The translations under genes were made by a program, and so were the position numbers. The notes under the pieces were generated by a model that saw nothing but the letters and a program-made list of their open reading frames with translations, made no database searches and had not been told where the DNA came from. 64,000 bases of DNA from contig CAIPTO010000084.1 of the NCBI GenBank assembly GCA_903867985.1, forward strand, positions 22,810 to 86,809, in the 5' to 3' direction. The stretch comes from an uncultured Elusimicrobia bacterium (lineage in GTDB: Bacteria; Elusimicrobiota; Elusimicrobia; Elusimicrobiales; UBA9959). This document shows positions 55,991 to 64,000 of the stretch, in pieces. Position 1 is the stretch's first letter, and each line of letters starts with the position of its first letter.

Positions 55991-58474
55991 ATGGAAAAAG
56001 CAGCAAAACCTAAAAAATATCTTACAATTCACGCCCATTTTTATCAGCCTCCCCGCGAGAACCCCTGGACGGGCGACATCCCCCCGCAGAATTCCGCCTT
56101 CCCTTACAACGACTGGAACGAGCGAATAGCCCGCGAGTGTTATATTCCGAACGCCTACGCGCGTATAAACGATTCTATGGGCCGCGCCGTTGAACTGGTC
56201 AACAACTACGAATATCTCAATTTTGATTTCGGCCCCACCCTACTGACGTGGATGGAAAAGCGATATCCGGCTTATTACTCCAAGATCGTCCAAACCGCCG
56301 CAAAGACCAGAGCGAAGAGCGGTCACTCCAATGCCATAGCCCAGGCATATAACCACAGCATACTCCCCTTGGCCTCATTCAATGACCGGCTGACGCAGGT
56401 ACTCTGGGGGCTGGCTGATTTTGAGCGGCGCTTCGGTTTTAAGGCTGAAGCCATGTGGCTGCCGGAAACAGCTGCCGACGAGGGCACACTGCGTCTGCTC
56501 ATCGACCAGGGCCTGCGCTACGCCATATTATCCCCCTACCAGGCCGAAAAGATCCGCCCATTGGATTCGGAAAAGTGGACGGATGTAGAAACCGGGCAGT
56601 TTGATAACCGGCGCCCCTACGCCTGGTTCGACCGCGCGCCCTCCGGAGAAAAAATAAAAAACCGCAGCCTCACTCTTTTCTTTTACGACGGTCCGCTTTC
56701 AAAAGCCGTAGCTTTCGAGGGCGCGTTAAGAAATTCCGAAAGCTTCGCCTCACGCCTGGCCGACAACTTCAAGCCCGGCGCCGAACATGACCAGCTCCTC
56801 AGCATCGCCATAGACGGAGAAACCTTCGGCCACCACCATAAATTTGCCGACCTGACCCTGGCGCACGCTTTCCGCCACGAGATACATAAACACGGCATAG
56901 AAGTGACTAATTTCTCCTCCTACCTGGATTCGCATCCTGCGACTCACGAAGCCGAGATCAAAAAAGGCCCGGACGGCGACGGTACCGCCTGGAGCTGCGC
57001 CCACGGGGTACGCCGCTGGAAAGGTGGCTGCGACTGCGGGCAGGAGGGCGCCGGCCAGACCAACTGGCGCATGCCGCTCAGAGCCGCCCTGAACTGGCTC
57101 AGAGACGCGGCGGACGAAGTTTATACGGCGCAAGCCCAGGACATGTTCAGGGACATATGGCGGACAAGGAACGATTATGTGGCCCTTTTCTCGCTCCCGT
57201 CAAGGGCCGGGGCAGAAGCCTTTATAGCCGCGCATGCTTTAAAAACGCTATCGCACGACGAGAAAACACACGCGCTAAAACTCCTTGAACTTCAGAAGGA
57301 CATTAATTTCATGTTCACCAGCTGCGGCTGGTTTTTCTCCGATATTTCCAGAATAGAGGCGGTGCAAAATCTGAAATACGCCGCCAAAGCCGCTGCGGCC
57401 CTGGATGACCTGGGATTTAAGAACATAGAAAAGGGGTTTGCCGCTATTCTGGAGCTGGCGCCTTCAAACTATGCCAATTGCGAAAATGGGCGCAAAGTGT
57501 ATGAAACTCAGGCCCGGGGACCGCTCCCGGCTATGGAATCGCTGGCGGCCTTCCGGCTGATGGAAAAATTTCTTTTCGGGCTGCCCCTGACCGGGCCCGG
57601 CCATACACACTTCACTGTTTTCAAGGAGGAGACGCACGTAGCAGGCGAACTTGAAACGGTCACGGGCGAATTAATGGAAGAAAACTTCCTCACAATGGAG
57701 AACAGGGCGTTCTCCTTTCTGTACGCCCGTCATGATTCGGAACTGCCGGTAATATGGTTCTCCGCACCGGAAAACCTTGACGAGTTCCGACGCCTGGCCC
57801 ACAGCACCTCTTTTGACACGCTGCGGACGGGCGCCGCGGCATTCAAGGCGACATGTGTTTCGTTTGAAAATTTCCCGCCTGAAGACAAATCCGCTATCAT
57901 CAAGGGTTTCGTGCGTTCGGTCCGACATAAGAACCGGGGACTGCTCTCAAAGATAGTGCACGACTACCTGTATATGTTCGACAAGAATCCCAAGATCGGC
58001 CTTTCGGAATTCAGCGAGATAAAATACGAGGTTGAAATATACGCGGCCGAGGTCTTTGAAATACTTTTTGACGAACTTTCCCTTTCCCGCGACCCCGCGC
58101 TGCTGGAGAAGATCTACGCTCAGTCGGAAAACCTGAAGCGGCATCAACTGGTGATACGCTTCGTGGTACCGCCGCTCAAAGCGGCCGACTGCGTCCTATA
58201 TGCCCTGGAGGAAACGCTTACCTCCCCCTCACCGGAGAATCTGGCGCGGTTGCTGAAATTGCTGCATACCGCGCGCAATCTGGGCCTGAATGACGCTTTT
58301 TTTCACCTGCAGAACGGCCTTTCAGAATTGTTCGCCGGGGCCGCGGCCGCGCCCGCGCAATGGGCCCCCTACGCGCGTCAGATCAGAGATCTCTACGATA
58401 ATTCAGATATCATAATAGATCGGTTTTCGTCCGGACTGGACGAACTTGCCGCTATGGCGGAAGGTAAAATATAA
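55991..58474 (+). CDS. GH57 family protein with a DUF3536 domain
   Basis: IHAHFYQPPRENPW, YNHSILPL, MWLPETA, IDGETFGHHH, AWSCAHGVRRW, MFTSCGWFF. Confidence 0.9.
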   Translation: MEKAAKPKKYLTIHAHFYQPPRENPWTGDIPPQNSAFPYNDWNERIARECYIPNAYARINDSMGRAVELVNNYEYLNFDFGPTLLTWMEKRYPAYYSKIVQTAAKTRAKSGHSNAIAQAYNHSILPLASFNDRLTQVLWGLADFERRFGFKAEAMWLPETAADEGTLRLLIDQGLRYAILSPYQAEKIRPLDSEKWTDVETGQFDNRRPYAWFDRAPSGEKIKNRSLTLFFYDGPLSKAVAFEGALRNSESFASRLADNFKPGAEHDQLLSIAIDGETFGHHHKFADLTLAHAFRHEIHKHGIEVTNFSSYLDSHPATHEAEIKKGPDGDGTAWSCAHGVRRWKGGCDCGQEGAGQTNWRMPLRAALNWLRDAADEVYTAQAQDMFRDIWRTRNDYVALFSLPSRAGAEAFIAAHALKTLSHDEKTHALKLLELQKDINFMFTSCGWFFSDISRIEAVQNLKYAAKAAAALDDLGFKNIEKGFAAILELAPSNYANCENGRKVYETQARGPLPAMESLAAFRLMEKFLFGLPLTGPGHTHFTVFKEETHVAGELETVTGELMEENFLTMENRAFSFLYARHDSELPVIWFSAPENLDEFRRLAHSTSFDTLRTGAAAFKATCVSFENFPPEDKSAIIKGFVRSVRHKNRGLLSKIVHDYLYMFDKNPKIGLSEFSEIKYEVEIYAAEVFEILFDELSLSRDPALLEKIYAQSENLKRHQLVIRFVVPPLKAADCVLYALEETLTSPSPENLARLLKLLHTARNLGLNDAFFHLQNGLSELFAGAAAAPAQWAPYARQIRDLYDNSDIIIDRFSSGLDELAAMAEGKI

Positions 58475-58475
58475 A

Positions 58476-58508
58476 AGAGCGGGAAGGTTTTAAAAACCTT
58501 CCCGCTCT
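58476..58508. terminator. Bidirectional terminator between convergent GH57 genes
   Basis: AGAGCGGGAAGGTTTT / AAAACCTTCCCGCTCT inverted repeat. Confidence 0.8.
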
Positions 58509-58532
58509 GTTTTGATACCGCAGCCGCCGCTA

Positions 58533-60152
58533 CTACCCCCGCGCCGCCTTCTCCTGGGCGCCGGTGGAAAACACCTTGTAATCGATATGGCTGAAGATAT
58601 TATCACGCCACTCGATATCAGCAAGATATTTTTCCTCTATACGGTTTCCCATTATCTGTTCATAGAGCCCTATAAAGCGGTTGGTATGCTCTATAAAACG
58701 TTTGGTGGAATAAGTTTTAGCCGTTCCTACGGTCATCAGGAAAGCCCAGTCCGAAGACATACCCAGCACAACCTCTCTGGCACACTGATTAAGAGCGCGC
58801 TTAAGGATACCGTCGGCGTTCGGGAAGCGGTTGGCCATGTTTACCATACGCTCCACTCCCTTATGGAGATGCCGGTACATCCAGTCGTTGGACGCGTTGA
58901 GCCAGACTTCATTGTAGCCCTTGTCCCCCCATGAAGACATGGACGGCTGTATCATCTGGTTGTCGGGGTGCCTTTCCAGATATTCGCTCGGCGTGATCAT
59001 TTTGACCGTATTCTGGTCGTAATGCAGTTTCTTGAACAGGTACTCAAGGAAATCGGGACCCTCGTACCACCAGTGGCCGTAAAGCTCGGCGTCGTACATC
59101 GATACGACAACCGGCTTTCTGCCGAGAAAATGGTTCAGGTGCTCTACCTGGCGCTCGCGGTTAAACATGAAATTACCTGCGTGGCTGGCGGCCATCTCAC
59201 GCGCTTCGGCGGGATTATAAGCAGCCTTCTCGTTTAAGCCTACTTTGCCGGTGATCTTGTAGTACTTCATGCCGATATTGCGCCTGACGCCGTCCTGGTG
59301 CAGATAGGGCTTCACATAATCGTATTCCAGATCATAACCAAGGTCGCGATAAAATTCGCGATATCGGTAGTCTCCCGGATACCCCATTTCCGCGCTCCAT
59401 ACCTGGTGCGCGGATTCCATGTCTCGGCTGAAAGCGGCGACGCCGGAAGGGCAATAGACCGGGGCGTACACGCCGTAGCGGGGCCTGGGACTGCCGTATA
59501 TTATGCCGTGCGTCTCCAGAAAAAAATACCGGATGCCGTTAGCTTTCAAATAAACTTCGTCGCCCGGGTTATAAGCGCACTCCGCCAGCCACATGCCCCT
59601 GGGACCGCGGCCGAAGCGGAGCTTGTAATCATCAGCCGCGATTTTCACCTGGGCGTAAACAGCTTCTTTACGAACCGCCAACGGCAGGAAGCCGTGGGTG
59701 GCGCCGCAGGTGATGATCTCAAGTTTGCCCATGTCCTGGAATTTTTTAAAGCCCTCCAGAATATTGCCGTGGTAGTAATCCTCATAGAGCTCGCGGATGC
59801 GCTTAAACTTGCGCTCATACATTTTGGCGACTTCATAAAACTGGGTGTTGCGGTTGCGGACAACTTCCTTCTCGGCGAGTTCCAGGCGCTGGTTGAAATA
59901 GCGGCGGAAGCGTTCGCGCAGGAGGTCGTCCGTCATCATGTTGCAAAGAGGCGGGGTCAGAGACATTGTGACGCGGAAATCCGTATTTTCAGAGGTCAGC
60001 CGCTCGTAGACGTCAAGGAGCGGAATATAAGTCTCACACATCGCCTCAAAATACCAGTCCTCCTCCAGGAAATCCTCATACTCGGGATGCCGGATGAAGG
60101 GCAAGTGCGCGTGCAAAACCAGGGCAAGGTAACCTTTTTCTTTATTTTCCAT
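58533..60152 (-). CDS. GH57 1,4-alpha-glucan branching enzyme (DUF1957)
   Basis: LVLHAHLPFIRHP, TCGATHGFLP, GMWLAECAY, YDAELYGHWWYEG, SSDWAF. Confidence 0.93.
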   Translation of the reverse strand: MENKEKGYLALVLHAHLPFIRHPEYEDFLEEDWYFEAMCETYIPLLDVYERLTSENTDFRVTMSLTPPLCNMMTDDLLRERFRRYFNQRLELAEKEVVRNRNTQFYEVAKMYERKFKRIRELYEDYYHGNILEGFKKFQDMGKLEIITCGATHGFLPLAVRKEAVYAQVKIAADDYKLRFGRGPRGMWLAECAYNPGDEVYLKANGIRYFFLETHGIIYGSPRPRYGVYAPVYCPSGVAAFSRDMESAHQVWSAEMGYPGDYRYREFYRDLGYDLEYDYVKPYLHQDGVRRNIGMKYYKITGKVGLNEKAAYNPAEAREMAASHAGNFMFNRERQVEHLNHFLGRKPVVVSMYDAELYGHWWYEGPDFLEYLFKKLHYDQNTVKMITPSEYLERHPDNQMIQPSMSSWGDKGYNEVWLNASNDWMYRHLHKGVERMVNMANRFPNADGILKRALNQCAREVVLGMSSDWAFLMTVGTAKTYSTKRFIEHTNRFIGLYEQIMGNRIEEKYLADIEWRDNIFSHIDYKVFSTGAQEKAARG

Positions 60153-60262
60153 CGGTCCTTTTGCGGAACTGCTAAGATTGTTCAGTCTTTAACCGAGCGG
60201 GCTGTTGACCAAATCATTTTACACCTGACAAGCCGCCTCCAGTTAAACAGTCATTCCGATCA

Positions 60263-61117
60263 CTATGAAGTCTTTCTGGTGACCAGGATTGAAATCTGAC
60301 GGGAATCGGTCTCATCCTTCGACACAGCCTTGACAGGCAGGTCCATGTTGCCGTCGGGCAGCGCGAAACGCATGGAGAAAGTACCGTCCTGATTCAACGT
60401 GACCTTCCGTCCGGCGACGGTAACACAAGCGTCCGGCTCCGTGGCGCCGTAAAGAATAAGCTCACAGTCGGCTACCAGCCAGAATTTTTTTTCCGCGGCA
60501 GCCGGCCTGACCAGCGTCTGTGAAGACATTGAACTGAGCCCCCAGGACGAGGCTCTGGAGAATACCGAGCGAAGCATTTCCCAGCGCTGCGCCAGGGATT
60601 TGGCTACCTCGCCCGAACTTTTGCCGGTGTACTCGACACCTGAGATCTGCAGGAGCTTGTCAAACTCGGTGGAAACCGACATCCACTTCTCGTCCATAAC
60701 TTCGGAAACCCGGCTGGTCGGGAGATTGACGGTATTGGTTTTAACTATTGCGATAAACCGGCCGTCCGGCAGGACAAGGCCGACCTCGCAGCAGTATGTC
60801 CGGCCGCCGTCCTGAACATTAATATACCAGCTCCTGGCGTCAATCATCGCGGGAATGTCAAAATACTTCTGACCATCTACGGAGCTATGGCTAACATCGT
60901 AGACGCGGATCACATGTCGGGCCTTTTCAAAAACATCATGTCCGTGCTCGCGGGCGATATTGGCTTTGGAGTTGGCCGTTATTTCCCAGTAGATAAACAT
61001 CCAGTTGGGATCGCGCGGCAGCAGGGCCGCCTCGGTATTGCCGTAAGATTCCGGCAGTGACTTATAATCGGAATCGGGCTTGTTGTTCTTATTATTCAGC
61101 TGCCCTGATGACGTCAT
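60263..61117 (-). CDS. DUF4912-domain protein
   Basis: LPESYG...LLPRDPNWMFIYWEI, SWYINV and C-terminal WLVADCELILYGATEPDA. Confidence 0.88.
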   Translation of the reverse strand: MTSSGQLNNKNNKPDSDYKSLPESYGNTEAALLPRDPNWMFIYWEITANSKANIAREHGHDVFEKARHVIRVYDVSHSSVDGQKYFDIPAMIDARSWYINVQDGGRTYCCEVGLVLPDGRFIAIVKTNTVNLPTSRVSEVMDEKWMSVSTEFDKLLQISGVEYTGKSSGEVAKSLAQRWEMLRSVFSRASSWGLSSMSSQTLVRPAAAEKKFWLVADCELILYGATEPDACVTVAGRKVTLNQDGTFSMRFALPDGNMDLPVKAVSKDETDSRQISILVTRKTS

Positions 61118-61356
61118 GATTTCCCCCTAAGCGTTCATAGGTTGCGTCCCGGCGCGGACTCCGGCATCTTGCCCCGCCCGCGCGGCAACAACCTCGGTTA
61201 AAAAACATGTATTTGCTCAGCCTGAAAAAGAGCGTAAAACTATGACTGGCACGCCAGCCCCACTCCCCTTTTACTATAAATTACTATACAAAAATTGACC
61301 CTAAAAAAGCAAAAGTAACTCTACTTTTCCGGGAGATAGCTGTCTGAAAATAAAGT

Positions 61357-62658
61357 TTAGAAGGGCTCAAGTCCATCTTCTTCCGGATCTCTATCCGCGA
61401 AGGCGTCGTTCGGTGTGAAAAAATCAATTACGGGAGCGGTGGAACTGGAATAAAACCAGTCATATTTGGACTGATATTCATTAAGGGCCGCGGTATTGTT
61501 GGTGAAAACCACGTTTTCAAAGGAATTGACGCTGGCATTAGTAGTCCAGTTAAAGGACCCGGTCTCAAGCAGAGCACCGTCCATGATGGCGAACTTGTTA
61601 TGCAGCGCTCCCGTATCGGTCCTGCCGCCGCGCACCCGGAAATCCACCCCGCTTTCAAAAACATATTTGGCGACCGCGGAGGTCTTTGCCATGGTAGAGT
61701 CCATAATCATGCGTACTTTGACGCCGCGATTTTTTGCGGCCACCACCGCGTCGGCCAGAGGCTTAGATGAGAATGTGAAAGTGACCACATCCAACGTGTG
61801 TTTAGCGGCATCTATGATGCCGGAGAGCCTGTTCTCGGTATTCGAGCCCGGAGAAAAAAGATAAGCCGGCACAGGAACATGATTAAGAGCCATAGCCGGG
61901 GCCGGATCCTGGGGAGGCGTGCCGTAATAACCTTCAGGGACTTCAGGAGAAGCGCCCTGCTCAAGAGTGCGGGACCTTGCCCACATCCATTCAAAATAAT
62001 TCACAAAACCGCTCACATGAACATTATCCCTGACTATGAGCATATTCTCGAAATTGTAGAAAGTGGCGCTGAAAGTCCAGTTGTATGAGCCGACCGAGGC
62101 TACGGCCATATCGAACACGCCTATCTTGTTATGGTTGACTCCGTACGACCTGGTGCCCCGCAGCGTGCGAATATCGATACCGCCGGCGTCTATCAGCTCC
62201 TTCAGGCGGATATTCATATTTGGATAAACATGGCTCTCATCCATTATGATCCGTACCTTTACGCCGCGGTCTCTGGCGCGACGAAGGGCGTCGGGCATAT
62301 CCTGAAGTGTAAGACTATACATGACCACATCGATGGATGACCGGGAGGCGTCTATAAGTTTTACCGTAACTTCGTCGAGATGATTGAAAGAATAGTCGGG
62401 GATGGCGGAAAAATCACCTTTGGCCGAAGTCGGCGCATACACCCGGGGTTCCGGCAGAACCGGCGCCGAAACCTTGAATGGAGCAGGATATGGGAAATCA
62501 AAAGATTGCCCGCCTGACAACCCGGCAGATCCTCCTGCAGAGGAGAAAACCTGAGAAATTGCAATGTTTGAGGTACTGTTAGGATTGCTTTCGGAAAAAA
62601 CGCCAAGGGGCTGAATGAACAATAAAATGCCGGCCAGTTTTAAAGAGAGATTATTCAT
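61357..62658 (-). CDS. Secreted phospholipase D-like nuclease/lipase with two HKD-type domains
   Basis: NHNKIGVFD...GSYNWT and LHNKFAIMD...GSFNWT. Confidence 0.88.
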   Translation of the reverse strand: MNNLSLKLAGILLFIQPLGVFSESNPNSTSNIAISQVFSSAGGSAGLSGGQSFDFPYPAPFKVSAPVLPEPRVYAPTSAKGDFSAIPDYSFNHLDEVTVKLIDASRSSIDVVMYSLTLQDMPDALRRARDRGVKVRIIMDESHVYPNMNIRLKELIDAGGIDIRTLRGTRSYGVNHNKIGVFDMAVASVGSYNWTFSATFYNFENMLIVRDNVHVSGFVNYFEWMWARSRTLEQGASPEVPEGYYGTPPQDPAPAMALNHVPVPAYLFSPGSNTENRLSGIIDAAKHTLDVVTFTFSSKPLADAVVAAKNRGVKVRMIMDSTMAKTSAVAKYVFESGVDFRVRGGRTDTGALHNKFAIMDGALLETGSFNWTTNASVNSFENVVFTNNTAALNEYQSKYDWFYSSSTAPVIDFFTPNDAFADRDPEEDGLEPF

Positions 62659-62740
62659 GTGAACATATTATATATGAAGGAGCCTGTTCTTTAAAGGGCC
62701 CTAAGGCCCAGGCCCGGATGAAACGAAGGGCCTACCCATA

Positions 62741-62984
62741 AGATGCAAAGCAATCCAGTAATTTAGACGCAAAGCAGTCCAGAGGCAAAGCTGTTTAGCG
62801 ATTTATATGCAAGGCAATCTAGCAATTTAGAGGAAAAGTAGTTTGGATGTCAAGCAGTTTAGCTAAACAGCTGAATCGCTGTGCTTCTAAGTCGCTAGCT
62901 AGCCTTACTTCTAAACTGCTTTGCATCTAGATGGCTTTACGTCCAGACTGCCTTGCATCTAGACTGCTTTGCCTCTAGACTGCT
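62741..62984. repeat. Large inverted-arm element of 16-nt units (two alternating octamers), about 245 bp
   Basis: Five AGA(T/G)GCAAAGCAGT(C/T)(C/T)-like units plus AGCAATTT-like octamers in strict 8-nt phase (62741-62876), then inverted AGACTGCTTTGCATCT-like units (62897-62984). Confidence 0.9.
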
Positions 62985-63733
62985 ATATTCAGCAACCGGG
63001 CGACTGACTCGGGATTATTGATACCGTAGGCCGCGGCGATATTAACTCCGGATAAGCCCTCTTTAGCGGGCCCGTAAAAAAGTTGTCCGGCTTTTTTAAG
63101 GATCAGGGCCTTACCGGCGTAAGCTGCCATCAGCGCCAGGTCATGGGAAACCACGATAACACCCATACCACCGGAGGCCAGGCGCGTAAGAAGTTCGAAA
63201 ATCTGGATCTTATAATTTATGTCCAGGTGCGAGGTGGGCTCATCCAACAGAAGAACTTTCGGATCCTGGGCCAAAGCCTGGGCGATAAGAACCAGCTGAC
63301 GTTCACCGCTTGAAAGTGAATTAATACTCCTGTCCCGCAGTTCAGGAACACCCACCTCATTTAATGCGTCATGGACGCGGGAAGCGTCGGCGCCGGAATA
63401 ATCGCGCCACCACGGAACGCGCGGACTGCGCCCCATGAGGACTATTTCAAAAACAGAAAAATCGTAAGGCAGGTAAAGTTCGCTGGGAACATACGCCACA
63501 AGTCGGGCAAGTTCAGCCTTTGAGTAAGCGTGAATATCCCTATCCAGAAGTTTAGCAGAACCCTCCGAAGGCTCCAGGAAACCGCTTATAAGCCTTAGGA
63601 GCGTGGATTTACCGGAACCGTTCGGCCCCATAACCGCGAGCAGATCTTTCTCCATAAGTTCAAAACCGGCGCCAGCCACCGCCGGGGCGCCATTATATGA
63701 AAACTTAAGACCTTCAACTTTTATCAGCATCAT
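62975..63733 (-). CDS. Iron-siderophore/cobalamin ABC transporter ATP-binding protein
   Basis: GPNGSGKST, LSSGERQ, LLLDEPTSHLD, VSHDL. Confidence 0.9.
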   Translation of the reverse strand: MMLIKVEGLKFSYNGAPAVAGAGFELMEKDLLAVMGPNGSGKSTLLRLISGFLEPSEGSAKLLDRDIHAYSKAELARLVAYVPSELYLPYDFSVFEIVLMGRSPRVPWWRDYSGADASRVHDALNEVGVPELRDRSINSLSSGERQLVLIAQALAQDPKVLLLDEPTSHLDINYKIQIFELLTRLASGGMGVIVVSHDLALMAAYAGKALILKKAGQLFYGPAKEGLSGVNIAAAYGINNPESVARLLNIAV

Positions 63734-63765
63734 ATATAGATGTACTCTTCACTATCCGCCGATCA

Positions 63766-64000
63766 CTATTCGGCGCTGTCGCCTCCAGCCGTACGACGCA
63801 GAAGCCAAATAAAAAATGGCGCCCCGAACAACGCCGTGATAACGCCCACCGGAATCTCTGCCGGGGCCGCGGCGGCGCGCGCGACAGCGTCGGCCAGGAT
63901 CAGGAATAGCGCTCCGCCAAGTGCCGACGAGATTAACAGGCGCCTGTGAGAAGGACCGAAAAAAATCCTCAGCACATGCGGGACTATGAGCCCCACAAAA
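63766..64000 (-). CDS. FecCD/BtuC-family ABC permease, C-terminal part; runs off the window edge
   Basis: [38 protein letters not shown]. Confidence 0.9.
   Translation of the reverse strand, partial: FVGLIVPHVLRIFFGPSHRRLLISSALGGALFLILADAVARAAAAPAEIPVGVITALFGAPFFIWLLRRTAGGDSAE

Noticed and set aside
61200-61265. yybP-ykoY (Mn) riboswitch suggested by minus-strand AAAGGGGAGT
   Set aside because: The closing GAGACC/P1 partner and other conserved loops are missing, and the downstream genes are not metal-related.
62741-62984. CRISPR array interpretation of the 16-nt repeats
   Set aside because: Units are adjacent or separated by related octamers rather than unique spacers, and the second half is inverted.
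1-64000. Prophage, IS/transposase, integron, defence system or DGR
   Set aside because: No integrase, transposase, reverse transcriptase, nuclease-effector or structural phage motifs were recognised in any ORF.

Overview
A gene-dense bacterial chromosomal segment from a diderm organism. PorV/PorQ-like barrels, an autotransporter and a FlgO-like protein suggest an Elusimicrobiota-like lineage, but this is inference and was not tested. About 50 CDSs are supported. They cover housekeeping and metabolism (ispA fragment, deoB, metG, murB, rocD, RNase D, two pseudouridine synthases, FeoAB, cysteine desulfidase-like), alpha-glucan metabolism (secreted pullulanase, two GH57 enzymes, DUF4912), a nucleoside-type ABC transporter, several secreted peptidases, and a co-oriented block at 28.3-40.2 kb of envelope and secretion genes. 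No rRNA, intact tRNA, CRISPR-Cas, integrase or transposase was seen. The most unusual signal is non-coding: about ten short elements built from degenerate 7-, 8- or 16-nt tandem units, usually as two inverted arms around a short spacer. They fall into at least five unrelated unit sequences with one shared architecture, sit at gene junctions, supply stop codons to three genes, and one lies in frame inside an MFS transporter. Other notable items are about eight genes with leaderless-type promoters, a T9SS-like cargo plus PorV-like module, a post-signal-peptide motif shared by two unrelated secreted proteins, a tRNA-Gly 3' remnant, and an exact 26-bp direct repeat between divergent glycoside hydrolase genes. 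All product calls come from motif recognition by eye; no database searches were run.
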